DNA from: Bigelowiella natans CCMP2755
Lineage: Eukaryota; Protista; Cercozoa
DNA: 64,000 nt
Reading direction: 5' to 3'
Assembly (NCBI GenBank): GCA_000320545.1
Contig: ADNK01000179.1
Location: 59,005 to 123,004 of the forward strand
Positions 1 through 13,585 of this stretch are shown in pieces (positions within the stretch are counted from its first letter, which is position 1; the number at the start of each line of letters is the position of its first letter). The notes below the pieces were generated by a model that was not told the origin of the DNA, did not search any database, and was given only the letters and a program-made list of their open reading frames with translations. Position numbers and translations under genes: made by a program.

Positions 1-731
1 GTAAATCAATTTCAATAGTCGGTACATCCCCGTTAAATGCGGGTTCTTTCTTTAGATCAAGACGTTTCCACTTATGCTAAACGAAGGCGATTCCTGTGTC
101 ATTTCTGCAATCCGGAATGACAAAGGAAAGCTTGCTGCGGTCGACGTTCATGTGGTGAGCTCTCCCCGCATATGCTTCCGTGAGGAATGCGTACTCCTTG
201 CTCATGCCCTCCTCTCCCCCCTCCCCCCCTTTCTAAAAGGACGGCTGTGAACTAGCGAATGCCGAAGCGGGGAAACTGAGAGCACTGAAGAAAATAGCGG
301 AGATGAAACAAGACAAGCCTCCTGTATTCTCATTCAAGTTCAGTTCGGAATCAACTTTGGTGCGTGATTATCCAACAGCAGCATACTACTCTAGGAAACT
401 TCGTGATCGGATCACCTGTCTTTTAGCCCTCCTTCTCCTCATCCGCATCATCATCAGCATGATCTCCTCGTCATCATCGTTATAACCGATATTTTATGTG
501 TAGGACTCGAAAGAAAAGATTGCAAAAGCGGTGTCAGACTACGAGATGAAAATCACGCCCTGGATGCTCTCCTGGCTTAAAAAAAATCAAGTGCCAAGGG
601 AGGTCAAGAGAGTATGCCAGTTGTTGCAGCGCGAACTGGTTGAAAATTTCATTAAAAAGAATATTATATGCACGTACCAAACACGGCCATTATACAAAGT
701 TATCTAAATTTATACATGTGTGTGAGTGTGT

Positions 732-771
<40 letters not shown>

Positions 772-2439
772 GTGTTTGTCTGTATCTGTGTATTATCGTG
801 AAATCTAGCGGCTTATTGTTCTCTTTTTTCCAGGAAAGAGCTGCCCAAGACACTGCCGTAGACTCTGAAGAAGTAAATGCCCAAACACCACAAGCATGTT
901 TTTCCATTCGATTCATGCAGGCACTGTGGGACAACAACACTTGATTGAATTAACGGCGTCATAGATTTACACCACCGTTTCATCCTGGCCGCTGTTCCTA
1001 TCATCAAGCAGCAGCAGCAATTACAATACATCGCTCATCTTTCTCTCTCCTCTCCCCCTCCCCTCTCTTCTCTCTGCTCTCGCTCTCCTCAGTTCTTGGG
1101 CATCGTATCCAGTATGGGCGACATCGTGTCGGACCAGCTTATGAAGAGGAAGCAGGCTCGGTTGGCGGTGTCCGACAGCCTCAAGAACAAGCACCGCCGC
1201 CTCGAGAAGCAGGTGGCAAAGGCATCAGAAGCGCAGCAGGCGGCGGGGGGAGAATCGTCGGCTACTTCGGAAAACAAGGGCAATGCAACCTCAGCAGCGC
1301 AGGTAGCAATAACAGTTGTTTGAAATGGAAAGGGGAGAAGGAGGCGGGGAGATAGAGGCCACGTAGCGAGGCGGGATGAAGTGTAAAAGGCGTGTCATTT
1401 CGTCGTTGTTCACCTACTTTTTGTGTTTGTGTGTGCGTGCGTGTGGTGTTTACGCTTCTCAGACGGGCTCTGCAGGAGCGACAGACCAAAAAATGACACG
1501 ACTGCAAGGGTTAGTTGACAGCAGCAGCAGCAGCAGCAGCTAACATCATTGAGAGGGAGAGATTAACCCTTATTCGTGCGAGTCAGCACCGCTAAAGAGC
1601 TTGCGAGATATCGCCTCACGTGTTCGTTGTTTTGCGGCAAGGGAAGGGCTGCTTCGTTAAGCGGATCGATGATTATCTCTTCTCTCCTCCTCCTCCTCCT
1701 CCATGTGTGTGTGTGTGTGTGTGTGTATGTTTGGTTACTGCGGTGACGATAGGCTGAAGGGCCAAGGACCTGTGGAAGCTTTGAAAGCAATAATCAAAGA
1801 GGTGTGGTAGTGGTAGTAGTGGTGGTGCGATTGTTGTAGAGGTGGTAGCAACATGGAGAGGATGGATGCAAAGACGATTGACTTCCGTTTGCTGAGGCCA
1901 TTCTATCTTCTTCTCGATGCTCAGTTCGGACCGCTCTCCAAGAAGCATCTCAGTGCGATCTACCAGAAAGTCACCGGTGAGATGATGCAAAAGCGTTCGT
2001 TCATTCTCTTCGCATATCGTACCCAGAGAGCACAGCTCTTTCCTACCTGGGGTTGCCTGGGTTGCTGCTGATGTTTATGTTCTCTCCTGCATTTGGCCCG
2101 CGCCGCGCTTTGTATTATTAGGAGCCGGGTTCAAAGCCACACACGGAGTTCCGGTAACTCACATTCTGCGTGAGGTAATATATCATCATTTACTGATTGC
2201 GGGATCTATCACGAAAATCGATGATCGCAGATACGTTCACTACATCACACGACGTTACAGCGATGTTTCTCCTCAGCGATGAAATTTCGTGTTTTGGGTA
2301 CCTGGAAAGCACGTTATAATAGGTGTCGTGCTCCATCAATACCTTGTCAAAATTGACATATTTGCCGTTTACAACTGTTTCTTAGAACAACACGACGTTC
2401 AAGCTAAGCCGTGATAAGGAATGGTCTGTTTCGAGTTAG
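1..2439 (+). CDS. 3' part of a multi-exon gene, possible RNA-binding protein (cold-shock/OB-like segment, coiled region, LOTUS/OST-HTH-like C-terminus)
   Basis: GT-AG exons read LNEGDSCVISAIRNDKGKLAAVDVHV (resembles the end of a cold-shock domain), FLGIVSSMGD...SAAQ, LDAQFGPLSKKHLSAIYQKVT/GAGFKATHGVPVTHILRE and NNTTFKLSRDKEWSVSS*. The 5' end lies outside the window. Domain calls are by eye. Confidence 0.5.
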
Positions 2440-3036
2440 AATATATGAGCTTCTTGCGACGTTTGTCGCAGATGTAAATTCCCAAATCATGCAACATTGT
2501 GACTTGTTACACGACATCCTTCATGTTGCTCCCTGTTCGCTGCAAAGCGCACCAACTAGATTAGGGTTAGGTGTTAGTTTTTGGTCATCTGGTAATGGGC
2601 TCAATTTCGCATGCTAGAATGTCCAGACATAGCTAGGTAGTAGTAGGATTTCTTAATCTCACTTGATGCGTGCATGTTATTTGCTCGAGCAGCAGCATAA
2701 CAATGAGCACCCATTCTGCAACCACTCGTCGCAACATTACCAAGTCTGTGATGTGATGCAGCGGTGCTCGATAGTGTCGCTCGTATGTCTATAGACGCTA
2801 CTCATTGCCAAGAAAATTAACTAAGAGACTGCATGCCTGCTATGATAGACGCTTAGATTACAAGGGCTCATGGGTAGCATTTATAAACCGTGTACGTATA
2901 CGGAGATGTGGTTACTTTACCGTGCTAGCACACACGCGAACAACGCTGCATACAAAATGGAATGTAATTGAGGCTGACGAGGGCGTGCGATGCAACATCA
3001 TGCTTCTCTATGCCTCAGCATTGCTTAATTTTTGTC

Positions 3037-6000
3037 TTAAGCTACAGTCTCCGAGCTCTCTGGAATCTGCTTGGATGGTTCGTAGCCATTCTTCAAGTTC
3101 TCAGATCCACTTAGCACTTTGATGTACCTGCAATAGTAGAATGTTAATATGTGGGGTCGCATGTGTAAGTCGGTTCATGCTCATAGGGAAAGAAGAGAGC
3201 ATCAGGAATTGAGCGGTATTTTACTCGATCGTATCGCCCTGCTTCATCTCCTTAAGGAGCTCCTTTCCTTCCGTGATGTATCCGAAGACGGAGTACCTGG
3301 TGATGATGATGGAATGTGTGTGAATCATGTTTCGGACCGAGACTCTTCGTCAATGTATTTGCTGTATTTACTGATGACACGCACGACGTGTGACCAAAAA
3401 CCACCGAAGATCACACATCACCTTCCATCGAGCACGTTCGTGCCAGAGGGGGTAAGCTCCGACTCTTTGAGGAGGAAGAAAAACTGCGACGAGGCGCTGT
3501 TCTCCTCGAATTCAGAGCGAGCCATGGCTAGAGTACCGAATGCGTTGAAAGGGAGCATCTGCACAAAAATTGATATTGCGGTAGATTTTAAGGCAAAAGG
3601 TTTGTCAGCGAGTACGTGTGCGCGTTATGTATATTTGTTCTTCTATCATCACCACCACCATCATCATTATCATCATCGTCATCATTATCATCGTACTGGA
3701 AGCTCCTTGACGCGCCCCATATCATCCATGGTTGACCCGTAAAGTGGTGTCTTATCTCCTGCGAGAAATTTGATTTGGGCATCAACATAAGGCAATATAT
3801 TGATACGAAAACTTCGAGAGGACGCCCTTCATTAATTATTCCTCATCGGTGGTAGTGCGTATATCTCCTTTGGAATACTACTCCCATGCTCCCCCCGCTC
3901 TCTCCCTCCCTTTTCCATGCTGACAGCTGACACACCTTGCACCATAATCTCGAGCGGAACGGTCCTTATCTCGTTGGTGGACGGGTCGATAAATCTTTCC
4001 AGGCAACAAGATAGTAAAACAACAACAACAACAACAACAACGGCAAAAAGGATAATAAGGGAAGAGGAGGGTCAGAACGCCGAAGAATAGATGCTGATAT
4101 CTTTCACTGAACAGAGAGATGATCTAAATACCCTGTTTTCTTCTGTCCTGGGTCCCCAGATTGGACGACAAATCCGTCAGCGCGCTAGAAGAGTATTTAG
4201 CAAAATTGAATGATAATGTATTGCACGACATACACAGGAAAGGCGAAGGGAAAAGGGTGAAGGGAGGGGGCTGAGACAGGAGAAGGCCAAAAACGGCGCT
4301 CATCAGAAAACAGCAATATGAACATACGACTTCAGAGAAAAGTAGCGTGTAGCCTTTTGTGCTGCCCGTACTCTCCTTCTCCGCCTCTACTACTACTCCT
4401 CCCTCCCCCCCTCGCCGCATATTCCCATGGATACCATGAAACGTCGCAGATCTACTATTCCCTCCTCCTCCCCATTCTTCTTCTTCTCCTTCTCATGGTA
4501 ATGCTCCTAATCTCTCATCTACTCACAATCTACATTTCCCTTAATAACTACCTGGATGGCCATCCCGTCGTAGAACTTGCGCTGAATAAGGTCGACGAAG
4601 TTGCCTAGGGAGGTTATGATGGAGAAGTAAAGAAGGCGGCCTCCAAGGAAAGAAGGACAACGCTTGTGCATAATATATCGCTCCAACCCTTACTCTCTGT
4701 CCCTCTAACTGCATGCCAAACTGTACATGTGCATGCGTGTACGTGCGTGTAATATATGATGTAGCGTAGTTTTAGAATGAATCGCACGCATGCTTAGTGT
4801 GTGGCGCTTGCACGACATATCAGATCCTCAGTCTCGATAAATGGCGGAGTTGTGACACGTACATACCGCAAGTGACAGGGGCGTTGAAGCCGTCGAGCAC
4901 GATCTTCATGACCCCGCCAGTAGAGGTAGTGCTGGATTTGCACGTAACCTTCATCTCGAGGCTAGCTCGGCCCATCAGCAGCGGCTTCGACGTGTATTCC
5001 TGCGGAATTTTGAAGGGGAATTCCCCAACCATGTCGTTCTCCACCTTCTCTACCAGCCTAAGGACCTCCTGTTGCTTGATTGGGATTTCTTGCTTGTCCT
5101 TGACGGCGATGATATAGGAGTCAGGGAATGCAAGTTTGTGCGAGGGTGAAGGCAGATATGTGCAACAGGTTCAATGCATCACAGCGTTCTCCCCCCCCCC
5201 CCTCCCCCCCCGTCCTCTTATTCATTCCAAAAGCTCAAACATCACACATCCCTTGCCGCCGCCGTCCCCACTACCTTGTTATCGATGATAGTCTGGAACT
5301 CATTTAGGCGAGCTTCGATGCTAGCAAGGGTCTGCTTTGCGTCTTGCTTTGCTGCCTCTCCGATTACATCCTTTCATGCAAAGAAATGAAGAGTTCAACA
5401 GTGCGCAGGAGATGGTAATATAATATAGGTGCGAGAAATATAACAGGATACCTTCAGGATAGCGCTTTTCTCCTTAGCAAGAACTTTCTGGCTCGAGCTA
5501 ACAGCGTCCTGGAATTATACCGACAGCAGTCAATTCTCTTGCCAACGGCGTTTGAGTTGGGTATGAGTTTGTCTTCCTGATGGATTAAAATATCGACCTG
5601 TACTTCCGACAACTTGACGTTTGGTACGCGTACTGCCTCAGTAATCTGATTGTCAGTGTATCCCATATTAGACGGGATTAACACAGTCATCACCAGGATA
5701 TGTGCTGGGCGTGGCCGACCGACACGCTTACTCACTTACATTCACTCTCTCTCACACACACACATTGGCTGACCGACCTTGGTGAAGATTTCTTTCTGAA
5801 TCTTGCGGATAGGCTTGTTTTTGATTGGGAGAGCGTCGCGCAGAAGCTCCCTAGCGTCGGACACAGGCTGCTGAGCCTGATTATACAAAATTGGATCATT
5901 TATCAATTGAGGGAAGGAGGAGTACACGAGGAAGCGCAGCTCCTACCGTGAGCAGGCTGGCGGATGCAGGAGGGGTAGCAACAACTCCTGTCGAGAGGAC

Positions 6001-6465
6001 CCCATTCAACATTCCGAGAGAGAGCGGAGTTGCAGCACCCCCAGCCATTGCTTGCCTCCGGGAGACATCCATATCATTTTGCGAACCTGCATGACACCTA
6101 GAACAGAACACCGTGCAACACATACGAACGACGTCAATGGACGGAATTCACTTTCCAAGGCTCGTACAGGCGATGCTTTCAAGAGCCCAACCAATTTCAA
6201 GGCAAATATCGAACCGAATAGACCCCTTAAAGAAACAAGTTACGTCCAGAAGAGACGATTTACTCCTGCGCAGAGTGGGCTACCTCGTAGGAAGACGAAG
6301 CTGTGCGGCCGCTGCACGATGACCCTGAACATGGATTGACGCGGAGAGGTTGCTGGTGGGCTGATAGAAGACCGCACATATCGTCAGCGAAAGCGCCAGG
6401 GCGACTGGGAAGAGAAATGCAAGCGGTGAGGCCGGTTTTCTTCGGAGGACGTGGAGGGTCTGCAT
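3037..6465 (-). CDS. CYP38: Thylakoid-lumen cyclophilin CYP38/TLP40, nucleus-encoded and plastid-targeted
   Basis: Exons spell [144 protein letters not shown]. These are collinear with plant CYP38. The N-terminus has a hydrophobic signal followed by a transit-like region. Confidence 0.95.
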
Positions 6466-7055
6466 GGTATACGATGCCACACGACTGGTTTATGCTTGCT
6501 CTTCACAGCCAAACCGGCCCGTCCCAACTTTTCTATGAGCGTCAAAAGAATATCCTTGTCGTCAATCCAATATCCAGGGACATAAATCAGTACGGTTCAT
6601 CTTGGGTAGGACCCCATTTTCCGTTTTCCGCCCCTACTTTTCTTGTCGTACCTCGTGTCCCTCCAGCCCCCAACAGCTAGAAAAGAAAGCGGTGGGTATT
6701 AAAAAAAGAAAAGTGGATACAACAGAAGCAGCATCGGCCCGAGGAGTCGTCAGTTGCGACAACAGAAATTGCGCCATTCTGGTGCGCAAAAAGTGACGAA
6801 GAAAGGCAATGGAAAACTAAGAGAGGACTTCCAAATCTTAAGATTTCGTACATATGCAGCAACTTCTCTTGGATCTTTGCGGCATCTCTGATAAAATCGA
6901 TCAGTTTTTGACCGTGAAAAGGGAAAAATGCAGGGGGTTTTTGTTCGAATGTACGAGCTAACAAACTAACCGCCCGCCCGTCGAGCTTAGAGACGTGTGC
7001 GGAAGGCTGGCAACCGCTTCGAACCTCCTCCCCCGTCTCTTCGTTAAAACTGACG

Positions 7056-8299
7056 ATGCCTAGGGTTGCTAAGTGCTACTATTGGTAAGTTTCTGGGGCA
7101 GGGATAGAAAGGCTTTCATGATCGTCAAGTTGACTTATGGCTTATTTCTATTTATCAGCATGAAAAACTTTCATGTTATCCTACAATCCACCTTCATGTA
7201 CAACGACCATCAATTCTGTAGCGAAGACTGTCGCGAGTAAGTCTATTACTACCTCCTTCTGAAAATTCGTCTAAAGTTGTCGTTACAGCGCCCAGATTCA
7301 AATGGACATGAAAGTGGAAAAAGTACACGAGAATTTAGGTACCTATCGGTTATTTGCGATTTTTTTCGGTAACGAGCATTCACAGGCATCTGAAACTGAT
7401 CTTTTTTGGGTACCAATTTCTTCCGCAGAGGCATCTCATTGTGTTCGGAGGCTGCAAGCTTTGACCCTGGAGAAGCGATTTGAAGATGCAACTGTGATTT
7501 CGCACGATGGGACAGAGTACATGCGCCAAATCGGTGTTAAAAGCATTCTGGTCCAACTTGATGAGGTATTTCCTCGAGTTTGAAAACTGCAGCTATAATA
7601 CAATTCGAATAAAATTGCATTATAAATTTTATCAGACCAAAAAACGTGAGGATTTGGTCGGCATGGTCTTAGCTGGTTTCGTTCAATGGACGACTCCGAA
7701 GAAAGACAGTGCCCGATCCTCCTCCTCTTCCTCCTCCTCCTCCTCAGAGGGACAAATAGCATCAAAATTGTCTTCTATGACATCCGATTCCACCACATCA
7801 TTATCGACAAATGCACTCTCGATATGCCAAGCTACAACGGTAACCGAAACATCAGAATCGAGTCAAAACCTCGACATGTCTCCCGCAAGCAAAGATCGCT
7901 CCGACTCTGAAGATAAAAGATCAGAGGGTAGCGAGAAGAGCATTTCCAAACAAGACTTACTTTCAAAAGGACTCTCAGAACCCGAGACGCACGCCTGCTT
8001 GATGTGCTTCAAGGTTCGTTGCGTAGTTTTTCCAATATCAATATCAAACTCCACAATCTTTTCTCTTCTCAGACGAGTACGGCCCTCGAAGTGATGATCT
8101 GCGACGTGACGATTTATGTCCCCGAAGAAGTAGAGAAAGTCGAAATCAGCCCCATGTTAGGTTTACGAAAGAAATCAAATTTCAATCCGAAATCGAACCT
8201 GAAGAGACAGCTTGGCTACGATATGTCCGCAGCGAAGTAACACCATCCCAAAATTACCTCGCGATTCGAAAGCTGACGAGTTACTTTTTAGGTATCTGA
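7056..8299 (+). CDS. Protein with an N-terminal FCS-like zinc finger (zf-FLZ/DUF581 type) and a Ser-rich region
   Basis: Removing GT-AG introns 7085-7158 and 7237-7288 gives MPRVAKCYYCMKNFHVILQSTFMYNDHQFCSEDCRDAQIQMDMK, i.e. CX2CX18FCSX2C. The last exon and stop are uncertain. Confidence 0.75.
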
Positions 8300-9469
8300 C
8301 GGCCAATTGTCGAACGCCCTCTTCTACTGGGGAATTGAATACTTGCCAAGTGTGCTCAATAATGTAGATATTTGAAGATTAGAGTAAGCATATACGGAAG
8401 ATCAGGACTTCTATAAATTCAACCGAAGATTGTAGTTGCTCCGAGAATTGTCGATATATTATTTGAGGAAAATTTACGGAGATGGGACAAAGAGAGTACG
8501 TCCGATCGCTCTAAAGTTTCCAACCATGTAAAATGAAGGTGAAATATCTGTGTAATAGGAACATCTTAGCAAGCACCACATTATCCCATCTAAGAAATTA
8601 GATTTTAATAGAATATATGAATTAGTTATAGAAAGTGTTCCCATCCATGCCACCTTAGAAGTGAGTTTGGAAGTATGTAGTCGCAAAAGCGATGCCTGAA
8701 GTACGATAGGATGTGTTGAACTCATAAATATCAATTAGAGATATAGAATAGAGTTGGTTACTACACCATATAAATTAAGAAATGTTCGCTTAGTAGCCAA
8801 GGTAATGAGCTCCTTTTGAATCATGCAGGATGTCAAGATCATCATAGAACATTAAACATTTGTAAGTACTTATTCGCTGGTTATGATGCTTTCGCGCATG
8901 AGAGGTAGCAATACTTCAAGCGCAGCGTACGGTAGATGCCTGTGATGTAGCCAGCTACACTACTTTTCCACTTACATGTAAACATTGTACGCAAATCTAG
9001 CCAATGGCTGGCTACGCCGCTCGAATCTCTGAAGATAAATTAGCATGGTCTTTAGTGCAGCGAAAATGCGACATACGCATGTATAGGTTATTTCGTACAA
9101 TAATGAGTCAGCCTGATCGAAATCCTATGTACGATATGTCACGCTTACAAATACGATGGTATATAAATGCGATCATATGCTAGCTAGCCATCAGACGCGC
9201 TATTAAGGTGAATATCATTATAGCCAGGGCGCATATATATGCATGTGACCGCCTCTAATATCATGTTGAATAGGCACAGTCCATAAACCAACATTGCTTG
9301 CTAGGCTTCATGTTCATTCTGCAAGTTATTATGGTTCGATCATGTAGCTACCAAGAAAGAATAGTTATCTCTCTACATACACGGCGTTTTGCACAGACAT
9401 GTGTACGGCCCGAAGCCGAAGTACTGCAACGACAAAAAGTAAGGAATATATCTATCTCATCACTCAGTT

Positions 9470-11677
9470 TCAGCTAACATTGGCCTGAGCCCAAATCCTA
9501 ATAGACGCATCTTCAGAAGCCGAAGCGAGTGTGAGGGTCTTCGGATGAAAATCGACTGCGTACACACGCCCACGGTGACCAGTCAGTACCTCAACACCAC
9601 CTGCAACTCCCGGATTGAGGGCCTTCCATCCATGGGACGTAGTCTTCCATCGACCAACTGCAGTTGTACTACTTGCTGGATCTGCTATCTCAGATATGCC
9701 AGAAATGTCAAATACGTACACGTTGTAATCAGCGCTTCCTGTGGCACATAAGGTCAACCGACGGCTCTTTGTGTCTCCAACCTGGGCATTGGAGTTACTC
9801 TGGAGACCATTCTCGCCGTCGTTTACTTCAGGATTGGTCCCCGCCTTCGCTGATTCTTTCTTCTTCGCTTCGTGGGGGGATTTTGCAACCCTATGGCTTT
9901 GTGATACAAATGACTTCCCGGCACCGCTTTGTGTTCCGTGAAACATGGCGCTTTTTATCGGCCAGTTGTTATTATTGTAGCCGCCAAGCTAAAAGTAAAA
10001 ATCAGTCACAAGAGGTACTTACAACAATATTTTCTTCTGTTTTTTTTTTTTTTTTTTTTTTTTACCGAGCACAGAAGCTTTACTTCTCCAGTGCGAATGT
10101 TTTGAGGAAGTTGGTAGATCCTTAGAATATCATCGTACGAGTTCGATGCCATGAATCGACAGCTGGGGAGCCCCGATAAGCAACTCACCTGAAAAGGCAC
10201 CAATTATTAGCTCGTTGGACAGATGCAAATCCAATCCATTTGTATTACCGGCCGGTTATCATTTCCACCCCTCCATTCTTGTATGCAACGTCCGGTTCTC
10301 AAACTCCAGACTCGTATGCGCCCTTTACTATCACCCGAGGCTAGACACGACGAATCATCTTCCAGTGGTATTCTGACCGTATTAATGATTGCTCCGTCGT
10401 TACTTATAAGCTTTGACCCCGTGCTGCTAAACGTATTGCTTCCAGCACCCACCTCTTGGACACGCTTCTTACCGACTCGCCGATCGAACCCCCAAATTGT
10501 TGGCTCTGTGCTAGCGACGTAAAACACGTTGCTTCCGCCGAACGGTTTTTGATTTTCACCCATTCCTGAACCAGGGTTCTCCCGTGAAGATACGCGTGAT
10601 GAGCTATACGATGCATCTGGTGCCCAGGTAAGTGATTGGACCATTCCCGGAAGCTCGAATTCCATCACCTAATAAAGCACAAAGTCAAGAACGTTATTAG
10701 CTGCTGCAGATCAAGATCGTCGTTGTTGTTCGTACCTCTCTTCCCGATTCCACATCCCAGAGTCTTACTGAGCCATCGTATGAGCCAGAAAGGATCATGT
10801 CACTACGCCTAGACCAAGCAAGAGTGCTGACGTTTATTGCATGACCATGGAAGCTACGCATCTCCCTCGACGATGATGACGATTTTGTTCGTACATTCCA
10901 AATTCTTACGCTACAGTCCAGAGATCCACTAGCTAACAAAGAGCCTCTAGGATCATACTTGACGTCATAAATTGCACCGGTGTGTCCTCGGAGAACTTCC
11001 GAAAATTGAAGGATTTTTTTCGCCGCGTTTGCAGTCGTCATTTTACGATTTCTTTTCTCAGGCAACGCCGTAGAACGAAGATCGTTGGCTCGAGACGATG
11101 TCGATGGCTGAGAGCTCGAGGGAGATATTGAAGATGGTTGGTACCCTGCTTTAATGCCCTGTGATTGATGCGCTTGGTTTTTCTCAGAGTCGGGACTAGT
11201 AGAGAGTGGCGGACGCCGTTTACCAAGCTCCTCCAACCGTGTTCTGCAATCTGTTAGCTGGCGGTGATACTGTGCCATGGAGCGAATCAGCCGCTTGTTC
11301 TCTCGATTAAGACGGCCAATTTGCTGTGATAGAGCGTGGTTGACCTCGCACATTCGAAGGTATTGGTCCCGATAAAACTCCTCAGATTCAACCAAAGCTC
11401 CGTGGTAACCCTGGTGCTGATGGATTGACTGATGCTGGTGCACATCATCGTCCTCGAAGGAATGTTCGCTGGCGCTTCTCCGAAGCTTCAAGGAGTTAGA
11501 TCTTGATAAACTAGGACTTTTGGATGAATCTCTTAGATTTTTGTGGGCACGATGGTGGTGTGAGTGGTGATGGTGATGCAGCTGACGAGATTGATGATGC
11601 TGATGATGCGCATTTTTCTTCTTACTGCCGTCCACAATTGGGTTCGTGTTAGCAATATTCTTTGACATAGGATTCAC
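9470..11677 (-). CDS. WD40-repeat protein with a His-rich and coiled-coil N-terminus
   Basis: GHTGAIYDVKYDP...ASGSLDCSVRIWN, GHAINVSTLAWS...SGSYDGSVRLWD and GHRGRVYAVDFHP...ASASEDASIRIW across about 4 exons. The start is uncertain; a short upstream exon near 11870-11886 is possible. Confidence 0.9.
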
Positions 11678-12530
11678 AATAGGAAAATGAGCATGTTTCC
11701 CACCGTAGCTCTATGATTTGTATTCCAGCGTGGACGGGGGAGGGGGAGATTCTTCGAAGAAATAAAAGTATGGCCAATGAAGACAACAACAATCACAACA
11801 ATCATAATAATCACAACAATTACAACAATTACAACAACAATGAAGAAATTACAACATTTTAGGTACGATCATGGGTTAAATCCATGAAAATTGTTCGTCA
11901 TATTCGTGAATTTCTGACTTTCGCAAAATCCGTTATGAGACAACATCCGCTATGGAAATCACTTCGGTGAAAAAACGTAGCTGGAAAGTCAAGGATGTGA
12001 ACAGAATAATTAACTAAAAACATGAATAAATGCGCTGCTGTTGCACTGCGACGGAAACCAACTTCGAGATTATCACCATTTTTTCTTCGAGCTCGCACAA
12101 TGCGGCGATGATTTTTGTTATCGTTAGTTTCACTAGGTACGACATGGAGGAAATCAAGACTTAAGGCGTGATTCGAAGGGGATCGAACATAAATTTGCAA
12201 ATTTCCCTGTAATTTTTGAAATACGAGTCGGCATTGAAGCAGCCGAGCCGACTTCTTCCTTTGTGTTCGAATCTTGAAGAATACAGATGTCTTTTCTTTT
12301 CTTCAAAAGCACTGAAAACCAAAATAATTTTATTTGGCGACAGGTGATAAATCGTTATGTAATGTATAATTGTTCCCATTTGACTTTATATATCGATATT
12401 GCATTTCTGAATTTTTCACTGATTCCTCAAAACCTTTCCTCTCCAGCCTGTGACAAAAATCAGCTTGCCCATTACCCAACTTCCAGTCCACACCAGATTG
12501 AGATCCATTAAAGTATCGAGTGTACTCATC

Positions 12531-13201
12531 ATGCCAGATTTTGATTTGGACCCATTCGGACTCTCAGAAGACGGCACTGAAGTCTTTCCGGAACTTCCGG
12601 TAACAATGAAGATCGCATCACGGCACTGTTGAACAATAATCCAGCGACTGACCTAGAGCAAACCCCATCGATATACAAAAGTGAATGACAGGCAATAATT
12701 ACATGTTACCAATGCCAATATTTACATGATCAGGTCCCTCCTGTCCCTCCACCTCCACCCCTCCTAATGTTCGAAAAGATGTTAAACTTGGAACCCGGGA
12801 AATTCAGAGAAGTTAGAAATATGAAAACATATCTCTGTGTCAACGGTTCTCGTTCAGAGGTTGTGCTTCGAGTCAGCAGACGAAATAAAGCTACAGTACC
12901 ATATCATGATGGAAGAATAGAGTTTGAGGAATCGGGGATGTTAGTTTCCTTCTCAAAATTTGATGATCTCGCCCAAGTCCGGAAGCGCGAAGCTACAGTC
13001 TACGTATGTGGAAAGGTTATATTGAGAAGCAATGTACCCATAGAGAAAGTCGAGCTAATGGATAAAAATGGGGCGCGACTTCGAGGGAAAACCTATCCAG
13101 CACAGCTGTATCCTACAGATACATCATCCTCGAGCAGCTCCTCGGCATCAGCTGACGAATCATTACCTGTGCCAATAGAAGAGAAAGGTCTTCGGGACTA
13201 A
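12531..13201 (+). CDS. Unknown beta-rich domain X, copy A; probably the first exons of the downstream ankyrin gene
   Basis: Exon MPDFDLDPFGLSEDGTEVFPELP splices in frame to VPPVPPPPPLLMFEKMLNLEPG... It aligns by eye with 18609-19244. There is a phase-1 donor (GAGAAAG|GTCTTC) just before the stop. Confidence 0.65.
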
Positions 13202-13585
13202 TGCTTACACGCAAACCCTCCCTTTTGACCGTTCGATCTTTGCATATACACTGTGTAAATTCCCTTCCTAAAAACCCACTACACTCTTTCAAACATACTA
13301 CTTATGCTCGTAATCGAGTAGCACATGCTCATATTTCAAAAGAAGTTGGAAGAAAATATTTTTGAATGTAAATATGATGTGATATCTTGCCAAATAAGGA
13401 TAGATACAGAAATATGGTGCAGAAAGATGTCATCGATGAATGAAAAGCAAAAACAATTTATATGTTTGAACTGCATTTTGTAAAATAAACTTGTGGTGTT
13501 ATTCGAGTTAGCATTATAATAATAATTAGATCCCACCGAGGAATCAAAAGGAAAGTGCAAACTGGAGTTCGGCATTAAGTTAAAG

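Noticed and set aside
2559-2578. TTAGGGTTAGG telomere-like motif
   Set aside because: It is under two full units, consistent with chance.
3149-3742. 197-aa plus-strand ORF and many other long antisense ORFs
   Set aside because: They are shadows of real opposite-strand exons (here CYP38) or microsatellite read-through.
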